Both the position numbers and the translations under genes were made by a program. A stretch of DNA of 64,000 bases from NCBI RefSeq assembly GCF_009914755.1, contig NC_060933.1. The stretch is one strand, 5' to 3'. This document shows, one piece after another, positions 27,801 through 40,400 of the stretch (positions are counted from its first letter, which is position 1; each line of letters begins with the position of its first letter). The notes beneath the pieces were generated by a model, which searched no databases, was not told the DNA's origin, and saw only the letters and a list, made by a program, of their open reading frames with translations. The stretch comes from the human T2T-CHM13v2.0 reference genome, Homo sapiens.

Positions 27801-30800
27801 GAATGGAATGCAATGGAATCGTTCCGAGTGGAATAGGAGGGAATGTATTCGAGTGGAATGGAAAGGAATGGAATCAACCAGAGTGGAATGGAAGGGAATG
27901 GAATGGAATGGAAACTAATAGAATGGAATCAACCCGAGTGGAATGGAATGGAAAAGACTGGAATGGAAAGGAATGGAATGGAATGGAATGGAATGGAATG
28001 GAATGGAATGGAATGGAATGGAATCAACGCGAGTGCAGGGGAATGGAATGGAATCGAATGGAATGGAATGGAATGGAATCAACCCGAGTGCAGGGGAATA
28101 TAATGGAACGGAATGCAATGGACTGGAATCATCCGGAATGGAATGGAATGGAATGGAATGGAATCAACCCGAGTGCAAAGGAATGGAGTGGAATGGAATG
28201 GAATGGAATGGAACAACCCGAATAGAATGGAATGTAATGGAGAGTAAGGGAGTTGAAAAGAATCAATCCGAATGTAATGGAATGGAATGGAACGGAATGG
28301 AATGGAATGGAATGGAATGGAATGGAATGCAATGGAATGGAATCAACCCGAGTATAATGGAATGGAATGGAATGGAATGGAATGGAATGGAATGGAATGG
28401 AATGGAATGCAATGGAATGGAATCTTCCGGAATGGAATGGAATGGAATGGAATGGAATGCAATGGATTCAAATCGATTGCAATGGAATGGAATAGAATGG
28501 AATGGAATGGAATGGAATGGAATGGAATGGAATTAAACCGAATAGAATGGAATGGAATGGAATGGAACGGAATGGAACGGAACGGAACGGAACGGAGTGG
28601 AATGGAATGGAATGGAATTGTATGCAATGGAATGGAATGGTACGGAATAGAATGGAATGGATAGAATTGGAATGGAATGGAATCGAATGGAATGGAATGG
28701 AATGGAATCAACCCGAGTGCAGGGGAATGTAATGGAACGGAATGCAATGGAATGGAATCATCCGGAATGGAATGGAATGGAATGGAATGGAATGGAATGG
28801 AATGGAATGGAATCAATCCGAGTGCAATGGAATGGAGTGGAATGGAATGGAATGGAATGGAACAACCCGAATGGAATGGAATATAATGGAGAGTAAGGGA
28901 GTTGAATAGTATCAATCCGAATGAAATGGAATGGAATGCAACGGAATGGAATGGAATGGAATGGAATGGAATGCAATGGAATTGAATCAACCCGAGTACA
29001 ATGGAATGGAATGGAATGGAATGGAATGGAATGGAATGGAATGGAATGGAATGGAATGGAATGGAATGATACGGAATAGAATGGAATGGAACGAAATGGA
29101 ATGGAATGGAATGGAATGGAATGGAATGGAATGGAATGGAATGGAATGCCTTCAAACCGAATGGAATGGAAAGGAATGAAATCAAAACGAGTGGAATGGA
29201 ATGGAATGGAATGGAATGGAATGTAATGATACGGAATAGAATGGAATGGAACGAAATGGAATGGAATGGAATGGAATGGAATGGAATGGAATGGAATGGA
29301 ATGGAATGGAATGGAATCGTTCCGAGTGGAATAGGAGGGAATGTATTCGAGTGGAATGGAAAGGAATGGAATCAACCAGAGTGGAATGGAAGGGAATGGA
29401 ATGGAATGGAAACTAATAGAATGGAATCAACCCGAGTGGAATGAAATGCAAAGGACTGGAATGGAAAGTAATGGAATGGAATGGAATGGAATGGAATGGA
29501 ATGGAATGGAATCAACGCGAGTGCAGGGTAATGGAATGGAATGGAATGGAATGGAATGGAATGGAATGGAATTTAATCAACCCGAGTGCAGGGGAATGTA
29601 ATGGAACGGAATGCAATGGAATGGAATCATCCGGAATGGAATGCAATGGAATGGAATGGAATCAACCCGAGTGCAATGGAATGGAGTGGAATGGAATGGA
29701 ACTGAATGGAACAATCCGAATGGAATGGAATGTAATGGAGAGTAAGGGAGTTGAAAAGAATCAATCCGAATGTAATGGAATGGAACGGAATGGAATGGAA
29801 TGGAATGGAATGGAATGGAATGGAATGGAATGCAATGGAATGGAATCAACCCGAGTACAATGGAATGGAATGGAATCGAATGGAATGGAATGGAATGGAA
29901 TGGAATGGAATGGAATGATACGGAATAGAATGGAATGGAACGAAATGGAATGGAATGGAATGGAATGGAATGGAATGGAATGGAATCGTTCCGAGTGGAA
30001 TAGGAGGGAATGTATTCGAGTGGAATGGAAAGGAATGGAATCAACCAGAGTGGAATGGAAGGCAATGGAATGGAATGGAAACTAATAGAATGGAATCAAC
30101 CCGAGTGGAATGGAATGGAAAGGAATGGAATGGAATGGAATGGAATGGAATGGAATCAACTCGATTGTAATGGAATGGAATGGAATGGAATGGAATGGAA
30201 TGGAATGGAATGGAATCAACCCGAGTGCAATGGAATGGAGTGGAATGGAATGGAATGGAATGGAACAACCTGAATGGAATGGAATGGAATGGAGAGTAAG
30301 GGAGTTGAATAGAATCAATCCGCATGTAATGGAATTGAATGCAACGGAATGGAATTGAATGGAATGGAATGGAATGCAATGGAATGGAATCAACCCGAGT
30401 GCAATGGAATGGAGAGGAATGGAATGGAATGGAATGGAAACTACCCGAATGGAATGGAATGTAATGCAGTGTAAGGGAATTGAATAGAATCAATCCGAAT
30501 GTAATGGAATGTAATGTAATGTAATGGAATGGAATGGAATGGAATGGAATGGAATGGAATGGAATTGAATGGAATGGAATGCAGTGGAATGGAATCAACC
30601 CGAGTGCAATCAAATGGAATCAAATTGAATGGAATGCAATGGAATGGATTCAACTTGAATGGAATGGAAAGAATGGAATCAACACGAGTGGAATGGCATG
30701 GATTGGAATGGAATGGAATGGAATCAACCCGAGTACAGGGGAATGGAATGGAATGGAATGCAATGGAATGGAATCATCCGTAATGGAATGGAAAGGAATG

Positions 30801-33800
30801 GAATGGAATGGAATGGAATGGAATGGAATCAACTCGATTGCAATCGAATGGAATGGAATGGAATTAACCCGAATAGAATGGAATGGAATGGAATGGAACG
30901 GAACGGAACGGAATGGAATGGAATGGAATGGAATGGAATGCAATGGAATGGAATGGAATGGAATGGAATGGAATGGAATGGAATGGTATGGAATGGAATG
31001 GAATGGTACGGAATAGAATGGAATCCAACGAATTGTAATGGAATGGAATTGAATGGAATGGAATGGAATGGAATGAACGCGAGTGCAGGGGAATGTAATG
31101 GAACGGAATGCAATGGAATGGAATCATCCGGAATGGAATGGAATGGAATGGAATGGAATCAACCCTAGTGCAATGGAATGGAGTGGAATGGAATGGAATG
31201 GAATGGAACAACCCGTATGGAATGGAATGTAATGGAGAGGAAGGGATTTGAATAGAATCAATCCGAATGTAATGGAATGGAATGCAAGGGAATGGAATGG
31301 AATGGAATGGAATGGAATGGAATGCAATGGAATGGAATCAACCCGAGTACAATGGAATGGAATGGAATGGAATGGAATGGAATGCCTTCAAACCGAATGG
31401 AATGGAAAGGAATGGAATCAACACGAGTGGAATGGAATGGAATGGAATGGAACGGAATGGAATGGAATGATATGGAATAGAATGGAATGGAACGAAATGG
31501 AATGGAATGGAATGGAATGGAATGGAATCGTTCCGAGTGGAATAGGAGGGAATGTATTCGAGTGGAATGCAAAGGAATGGAATCAACCAGAGTGGAATGG
31601 AAGGGAATGGAATGGAATGGAAACTAATAGAATGGAATCAACCCGAGTGGAATGGAATGGAAAGGACTGGAATGGAATGGAATGGAATGGAATGGAATGG
31701 AATCAACTCGATTGTAATGGAATGGAATGGAATGGAATGGAATGGAATGGAATTAACCCGAATACAATGGAATGGAATGGAATGGAACGGAATGGAGTGG
31801 AATGGAATGGAATCAACCCGAGTACAGGGGAATGGAATGGAATAGAATGCAATGGAATGGAATCATCCGGAATGGAATGGAATGGAATGGAATGCAAAGC
31901 AATGGAATCAACTCGATTGCAATGGAATGGAATGGAATGGAAAGGAATACATTGGAATCAACCCGAGTGGAATGGAATGGAAAGGACTGGAATGGAGTGG
32001 AATGGAATGGATTGGAATGGAATGGAATCAACTCGATTGGAATGGAATGGAATGGAATGGAATGGAATGGAATGGAATTAACCCGAATAGAATGGAATGG
32101 AATGGAATGGAACGGAACGGAACGGAATGGAATGGAATGGAATGGAATGGAATGGAATGGAATCAACCCGACTGCAGGGGAATGGAATGGAAGGGAATGC
32201 AATGGAATGGATTCAACTTGAATGGAATGGAAAGAATGGAATCAACACGAGTGGAATGGCATGGATTGGAATGGAATGGAATGGAATCAACCCGAGTACA
32301 GGGGAATGGAATGGAATGGAATGCAATGGAATGGAATCATCCGTAATGGAATGAAAAGGAATGGAATGGAATGGAATGGAATGGAATGAAATCAACTCGA
32401 TTGCAATCGAATGGAATGGAATGGAATTAACCCGAATAGAATGGAATGGAATGGAATGGAACGGAACGGAACGGAATGGAATGGAATGGAATGGAATGGA
32501 ATGGAACGGAAAGGAATGGAATGGAATGGAATGGAATGGAATGGAATGGAATGGAATGGAATCAACGCGAGTGCAGGGGAATGGAATGGAATGGAATGCA
32601 ATGGAATGGAATCTTCCGGAATGGAATGGAATGGAATGGAATGAAATGGAATAAACCTGAGTGCAATGGAATGGAGTGGAATGGAATGGAATGGAATGGA
32701 ACAAGCCGAATGCAACGGAATGTAATGGAGAGTAAGGGAGTTGAATAGAGTCAATCCGAATGTAATGGAATGGAATGGAACGGAATGGAATGGAATGGAA
32801 TGCAATGGAATGGAATCAACCCGAGTGCAATGGAATGAAGAGGAATGGAATGGAATGGAATGGAAACTACCTGAATGGAATGGAATGTAATGGAGTGTAA
32901 GGGAATTGAATAGAATCAATCCGAATGTAATGGAATGGAATGGAACGGAATGGAATGGAATGGAATGGAATGGAATGCAATGGAATGGAATCAACCCGAG
33001 TGCAATCGAATGGAATCGAATGGAATGCAATGCAATGGAATAGATTCAACTTGAATGGAATGGAAAGAATGGAATCAACACGAGTGGAAGGGCATGGATT
33101 GGAATGCAAAGGAATGGAATCAACCCGATTACAGGGGAATGGAATGGAATGGAATGCAATGGAATGGAATCATCCGTAATGGAATGGAAAGGAATGGAAT
33201 GGAATGGAATGGAATGGAATGGAATGGAATGGAATCAACACGATTGCAATCGAATGGAATGGAGTGGAATTAACCCGAATAGAATGGAATGGAATGGAAT
33301 GGAACGGAACGGAATGGAATGGAATGGAATGGAATGGAATGGAACGGAACGGAACGGAATGGAATGGAATGGAATGGAATGGAATGGAATGGAATGGAAT
33401 CAACGCGAGTGCAGGGGAATGGCATGGAATGGAATGCAATGGAATGGAATCTTCCGGAATGGAATGGAATGGAATGGAATGAAATGCAATGGATTCAACT
33501 CGGTTGCAATGGAAAGGAATAGAATGGAATGGAATGGAATGGAATGGGATTAACCCGAATAGAATGGAATTGAATGGAATGCAACGGAATGGAACGGAAT
33601 GGAATGGAATGGAATGGAATGGAATGGAATGGAATGGTATGGAATGGAATGGAATGGTACGGAATAGAATGGAATGGAACGAATTGTAATGGAATGGAAT
33701 TGAATGGAAAGGAATGGAATGGAATGGAATCAACGCGAGTGCAGGGGAATGTAATGGAACGGAATGCAATGGAATGGAATCATCCGGAATGGAATGGAAC

Positions 33801-33999
33801 GGAATGGAATGGAATGGAATCAACCCGAGTGCAATGGAATGGAGTGGAAAGGAATGGAATGGAATGGAACAATCCGAATGGAATGGAATGTAATGGAGAG
33901 TAAGGGAGTTGAATAGAATCAATCGGAATGTAATGGAATGGAATGCAACGGAATGGAATGGAATGGAATGGAATGGAATGGAATGGAATGCAAAGGAAT

Positions 34000-34465
34000 G
34001 GAATCAACCCGAGTGGAATGGCATGGAATGGAATGCAATGGATTGGAATGGAATGGAATCAACTCGAGTGGAAAGGAATGGAATGGAATGGAAAGGAATG
34101 GAATGAACTCAACTCGAGTGGAATGGAATGGAATGGAATGGATTGGAATGGATTGCAATGGAATGAACTGGAATGGAATGGAATGGAATCAATCATGGAA
34201 GGGAATGTAATGGAGTGGAAAGAAGGGAATGGAATCAACCCGAGTGGAATGCAAGGCAATGGAATGGAATGGAAAGGAATGGAATGCAATCAACTCGATT
34301 GCAATGGAATGGAATGGAATGGAGTTAACCGGAATAGAATGGAATGGAACGGAATGGAATGGAATGGAAGGGAATGGAATCAACACGAGTGCAGGGGAAT
34401 GGAATGGAATGGAATGCAATGGAATGGAATCATCCGGAATGGAATGGAATGGAATGGAATAAACC
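34000..34465 (+). repeat. Atypical/diverged HSat3 segment abutting the inversion junction
   Basis: Contains modules I did not see elsewhere in the window: AACTCGAGTGG (twice), GAATGAACTCAACTCG, AATCAATCATGGAAGGG, GGAAAGAAGGG, GCAAGGCAAT and GGAGTTAACCGG. Confidence 0.65.
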
Positions 34466-34480
34466 CATTCCGTTCCATTG
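34455..34480. other. Strand-switch (inversion) junction within the satellite array
   Basis: The sequence reads ...ggaatggaatAAACC|CATTCcgttccattgtactcggg. The + module ggaataaaccc(gag) is truncated and joined directly to a CATTC-strand module, with 1-2 C shared and no non-satellite insert. Confidence 0.93.
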
Positions 34481-37400
34481 TACTCGGGTTGATTCCATTC
34501 CATTGCATTCCATTCCATTCCATTCCATTCCATTCCATTCCATTCCATTCCATTCCGTTTCATTCCATTACATTCGGATTGATTCTATTCAACTCCCTTA
34601 CTCTCCATTACATTCCATTCCATTCGGGTTGTTCCATTCCATTCCATTCCATTCCACTCCATTCCATTGCACTCGGGTTGATTCCATTCCATTCCATTCC
34701 ATTCCATTCGATTCCATTCCATTCCAATTCTTTCCATTCCATTCTATTCCGTACCATGCCATTCCATTCCATACAATTCCATTCCATTCCATTCCACTCA
34801 TTCCACTCCGTTCCGTTCTGTTCCGTTCCGTTCCATTCCATTCCATTCCATTCTATTCGGGTTAATTCCATTCCATTCCATTCGATTGCAATCGAGTTGA
34901 TTCCATTCCATTCCATTCCATTCCATTCCATTCCATTCCATTCCATTCCATTCCATTCCTTTCCATTCCATTACGGATGATTCCATTCCATTGCATTCCA
35001 TTCCATTCCATTCCCCTGTGCTCGGGTTGATTCCATTCCATTCCATTCCAATCCATGGCATTCCACTCGTGTTGATTCCATTCTTTCCATTCCATTCAAG
35101 TTGAATCCATTCCATTGCATTCCATTCCATTCGATTCCATTCGATTGCACTCGGGTTGATTCCATTCCATTGCATTCCATTCCATTCGATTCCATTCCAT
35201 TCCATCCCATTCCATTCCATTCCGTTCCATTCCATTCCATTACATTCGGATTGATTCTATTCAATTCCCTTACACTCCATTACATTCCATTCCATTCGGG
35301 TAGTTTCCATTCCATTCCATTCCATTCCTCTCCATTCCATTGCACTCGGGTTGATTCCATTCCATTCCATTCCATTCAATTCCATTCCGTTCCATTCCAT
35401 TCCATTACATTCGGATTGATTCTATTCAACTCCCTTACTCTCCATTACATTCCATTCCATTCGGGTTGTTCCATTCCATTCCATTCCATTCCACTCCATT
35501 CCATTGCACTCGGGTTTATTCCATTCCATTCCATTCCATTCCATTCCATTCCGTTCCATTCCATTCCATTACATTCCGATTGATTCTATTCAATTCCCTT
35601 ACACTCCATTACATTCCATTCCATTCGGGTAGTTTCCATTCCATTCCATTCCATTCCTCTCCATTCTATTGCACTTGGGTTGATTCCATTCCATTCCATT
35701 CCATTCCATTCCATTCCATTCCATGCCATTCCATTCCATTCCATTCCGTTCCATTGTACTCGGGTTGATTCCATTCCATTGCATTCCATTCCATTCCATT
35801 CCATTCCATTCCATTCCATTCCATTCCATTCCATTCCGTTCCAATCCATTACATTCGGATTGATTCTATTCAACTCCCTAACTCTCCATTACATTCCATT
35901 CCATTCGGGTTGTTCCATTCCATTCCATTCCATTCCACTCCATTCCATTGCACTCGGGTTGATTCCATTCCATTTCATTCCATTCAATTCCATTCCATTC
36001 CATTCCGGATGATTCCATTCCATTGTATTCCGTTCCATTACATTCCCCTGCACTCGGGTTGATTCCATTCCATTCCACTCCATTCCATTCGATTCCATTC
36101 CATTCCAATTCTTCCCATTCCATTCTATTCCCTAACATTCCATTCCATTCCATACAATTCCATTCCATTCCATTCCACTCCGTTCCGTTCCGTTCCGTTC
36201 CGTTCCATTCCATTCCATTCCATTCTATTCGGTTTAATTCCATTCCATTCCATTCCATTCAATTCTATTCCATTCCATTGCAATCGAGTTGAGTCCATTG
36301 CATTCCATTCCATTCCATTCCATTCCATTCCATTCCGGAAGATTCCATTCCATTGCATTCCATTCCATTCCATTCCATTCCATTCCATTCCATTCCATTC
36401 CATTCCATTCCATTGTACTCGGGTTGATTCCATTCCATTGCATTCCATTCCATTCCATTCCATTCCATTCCATTCCATTCCGTTCCATTCCATTCCATTA
36501 CATTCGGATTGATTCTTTTCAACTCCCTTACTCTCCATTACATTCCATTCCATTCGGGTTGTTCCATTCCATTCCTTTCCATTCCACTCCATTCCATTGC
36601 ACTCGGGTTGATTCCATTCCATTCCATTCCATTCCATTCCGGATGATTCCATTCCATTGCATTCCGTTCCATTACATTCCCCTGCACTCGGGTTGATTCC
36701 ATTCCATTCCATTCCATTCCATTCCATTCCATTCCATTCCATTCCATTCCATTCCCCTGCACTCGCGTTGATTCCATTCCATTCCTTTCCATTCCATTCC
36801 ATTCCATTCCATTCCATTCCTTTCCATTCCAGTCCTTTCCATTCCATTCCACTCGGGTTGATTCCATTCTATTAGTTTCCATTCCATTCCATTACCTTCC
36901 ATTCCACTGTGGTTGATTCCATTCCTTTCCATTCCACTCGAATACATTCCCTCCTATTCCACTCGGAACGATTCCATTCCATTCCATTCCATTCCATTCC
37001 ATTCCATTCCATTCCATTCCATTCCATTCCATTTCGTTGCATTCCATTCTATTCCGTATCATTCCATTCCATTCCATTCCATTCCATTCCATTCCACTCG
37101 TGTTGATTCCATTCCTTTCCATTCCTTTCGGTTTCAAGGCATTCCATTCCATTCCATTCCATTCCATTCCATTCCATTCCATTCCATTCCATTCCATTGT
37201 ACTCGGGTTGATTCCATTCCATTGCATTCCATTCCATTCCATTCCATTCCTTTCCATTCCGTTGCATTCCATTCCATTACATTCGGATTGATTCTATTCA
37301 ACTCCCTTACTCTCCATTACATTCCATTCCATTCGGGTTGTTCCATTCCATTCCATTCCATTCCACTCCATTCCATTGCACTCGGGTTGATTCCATTCCA

Positions 37401-40400
37401 TTCCATTCCATTCCATTCCATTCCGGATGATTCCATTCCATTGCATTCCGTTCCATTACATTCCCCTGCACTCGCGTTGATTCCATTCCATTCCATTCCA
37501 TTCCATTCAATTCCATTCCATTACAATTCGTTCCATTCCATTCTATTCCATACTATTCCATTCCATTCCATACCATACCATTCCATTCCATTCCATTCCA
37601 TTCCGTTCCATTCCGTTCCATTCCATTCCATTCCATTCTATTCGGGTTAATTCCATTCCATTCCATTCCATTCCATTCCATTCTAATCCATTCCATTGCA
37701 ATCGAGTTGAATCCATTGCATTTCATTCCATTCCATTCCATTCCATTCCGGAAGATTCCATTCCATTGCATTCCATTCCATTCCATTCCCCTGCACTCGC
37801 GTTGATTCCATTCCATTCCATTCCATTCCATTCCATCCATTCCGTTCCGTTCCGTTCCATTAGATTCTATTCCATTCCATTCCATTCCGTTCCGTTCCAT
37901 TCCATTCCATTCCATTCTATTCGGGTTAATTCCATTCCATTCCATTCGATTGCAATCGAGTTGATTCCATTCCATTCCATTCCATTCCATTCCTTTCCAT
38001 TCCATTTCGGATGATTCCATTCCATTGCATTCCATTCCATTCCATTCCCCTGTACTCGGGTTGATTCCATTCCATTCCATTCCAATCCATGTCCTTCCAC
38101 TCGTGTTGATTCCATTCTTTCCTTTCCATTCAAGTTGAATCCATTCCATTGCATTCCATTCCATTGGATTCCATTCGATTGCACTCGGGTTGATTCCATT
38201 CCGTTGCATTCCATTCCATTCCATTCCATTCCATTCCATTCCATTCCGTTCCATTCCATTCCATTACATTCGAATTGATTCTATTCAATTCCCTTACACT
38301 CCATTACATTCCATTCAATTCGGGTAGTTTCCATTCCATTCCATTCCATTCCTCTCCATTCCATTGCACTCGGGTTGATTCCATTCCATTCCATTCCATT
38401 CAATTCCATTCCGTTCCATTCCTTTCCATTACATTCGGATTGATTCTATTCAACTCCCTTACTCTCCATTACATTCCATTCCATTCGGGTTGTTCCATTC
38501 CATTCCATTCCATTCCACTCCATTCCATTGCACTCGGGTTTATTCCATTCCATTCCATTCCATTCCATTCCATTCCATTCCGGAAGATTCCATTCCATTG
38601 CATTCCATTCCATTCCATTCCCCTGAACTCGCGTTGATTCCATTCCATTCCATTCCATTCCATTCCATTCCTTTCCGTTCCATTCCATTCCATTCCATTC
38701 CATTCCAATCCATTCCATTCCGTTCCGTTCCGTTCCATTCCATTCCATTCCATTCTATTCGGGTTAATTCCATTCCATTCCATTCGATTGCAATCGAGTT
38801 GATTCCATTCCATTCTATTCCATTCCATTCCATTCCATTCCATTCCTTTCCATTCCATTACGGATGATTCCATTCCATTGCATTCCATTCCATTCCATTC
38901 CCATGTACTCGGGTTGATTCCATTCCATTCCATTCCAATCCATGCCATTCCACTCGTGTTGATTCCATTCTTTCCATTCCATTCAAGTTGAATCCATTCC
39001 ATTGCATTTAATTCCATTCCATTCCCCTGCACTCACGTTGATTCCATTCCATTCCATTCCATCTCATTCCATTCCGTACCGTTCCATTCCATTCCATTCC
39101 ATTCCGTTCCGTTCCATTCCATTCCATTCCATTCTATTCGGGTTAATTCCATTCCATTCCATTCGATTGCAATCGAGTTGATTCCATTCCATTCCATTCC
39201 ATTCCATTCCATTCCATTCCATTCCTTTCCATTCCATTACGGATGATTCCATTCCATTGCATTCCATTCCATTCCATTCCCCTGTACTCGGGTTGATTCC
39301 ATTCCATTCCATTCCAATCCATGGCATTCCACTCGTGTTGATTCCATTCTTTCCATTCCATTCAAGTTGAATCCATTCCATTGCATTCCATTCCATTCGA
39401 TTCCATTCGATTGCACTCGGGTTGATTCCATTCCATTGCATTCCATTCCATTCGATTCCATTCCATTCCATTCCATTCCATTCCATTCCGTTCCATTCCA
39501 TTCCATTACATTCGGATTGATTCTATTCAATTCCGTTACACTCCATTACATTCCATTCCATTCGGGTAGTTTCCATTCCATTCCATTCCATTCCTCTCCA
39601 TTCCATTGCACTCGGGTTGATTCCATTCCATTCCATTCCATTCAATTCCATTCCGTTCCATTCCATTCCATTACATTCGGATTGATTCTATTCAACTCCC
39701 TTACTCTCCATTACATTCCATTCCATTCGGGTTGTTCCATTCCATTCCATTCCATTCCACTCCATTCCATTGCACTCGGGTTTATTCCATTCCATTCCAT
39801 TCCATTCCATTCCATTCCGTTCCGTTCCGTTCCATTCCATTCCATTCCATTCTATTCGGGTTAATTCCATTCCATTCCATTCCATTCCATTCCAATCGAG
39901 TTGATTCCATTCCATTCCATTCCATTCCATTCCACTCCATTCCAGTCCTTTCCATTCCATTCCACTCGGGTTGATTCCAATGTATTCCTTTCCATTCCAT
40001 TTCATTCCATTGCAATCGAGTTGATTCCATTGCTTTGCATTCCATTCCTTTCCATTCCATTCCGGATGATTACATTCCATTGCATTCCATTCCATTCCAT
40101 TCTCCTGCACTCGGGTTGATTCCATTCCATTCCACTCCATTCCGTTCCATTCCATTCCATTCCATTGTATTAGGGTTAATTCCATTCCATTGCATTCCAT
40201 TCCATTCCATTCCATTACAATCGAGTTGATTCCATTCCATTCCAGTCCTTTCCATTCCATTCCACTTGGGTTGATTCCATTCTATTAGTTTCCATTCCAT
40301 TCCATTCCCTTCCATTCCACTCTGGTTGATACCTTTAATTTCCATTCCACTCGAATACATTCCCTCCTATTCCACTCGGAACGATTCCATTCCATTCCAT

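Larger units (their letters stand above)
1..34465 (+). repeat. Satellite III (HSat3) array, GGAAT-rich strand on +
   Basis: Continuous (GGAAT)n with recurrent ATCAACCCGAGT, ATCAACTCGATT and ATTAACCCGAATAG modules. A pentamer interrupted by CAACCCGAGT is the classical satellite III signature. Confidence 0.97.

Noticed and set aside
1-34465. Canonical G-quadruplex motifs
   Set aside because: G-runs are mostly GG with isolated GGG/GGGG; I saw no four closely spaced G3 tracts.
34441-34500. Telomere fusion or interstitial telomere at the strand switch
   Set aside because: There are no TTAGGG/CCCTAA repeats; both arms are GGAAT satellite.
34000-34930. Perfect fold-back palindrome or chimeric-read artefact
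   Set aside because: The flanks are not reverse complements module-for-module at equal distance from the junction. A misjoin still cannot be excluded without reads.
33943-34980. 345 aa ORF switching from MEWNG to IPFHS repeats
   Set aside because: It merely reads across the inversion junction; it is useful as a marker of the switch but is not evidence of a protein.
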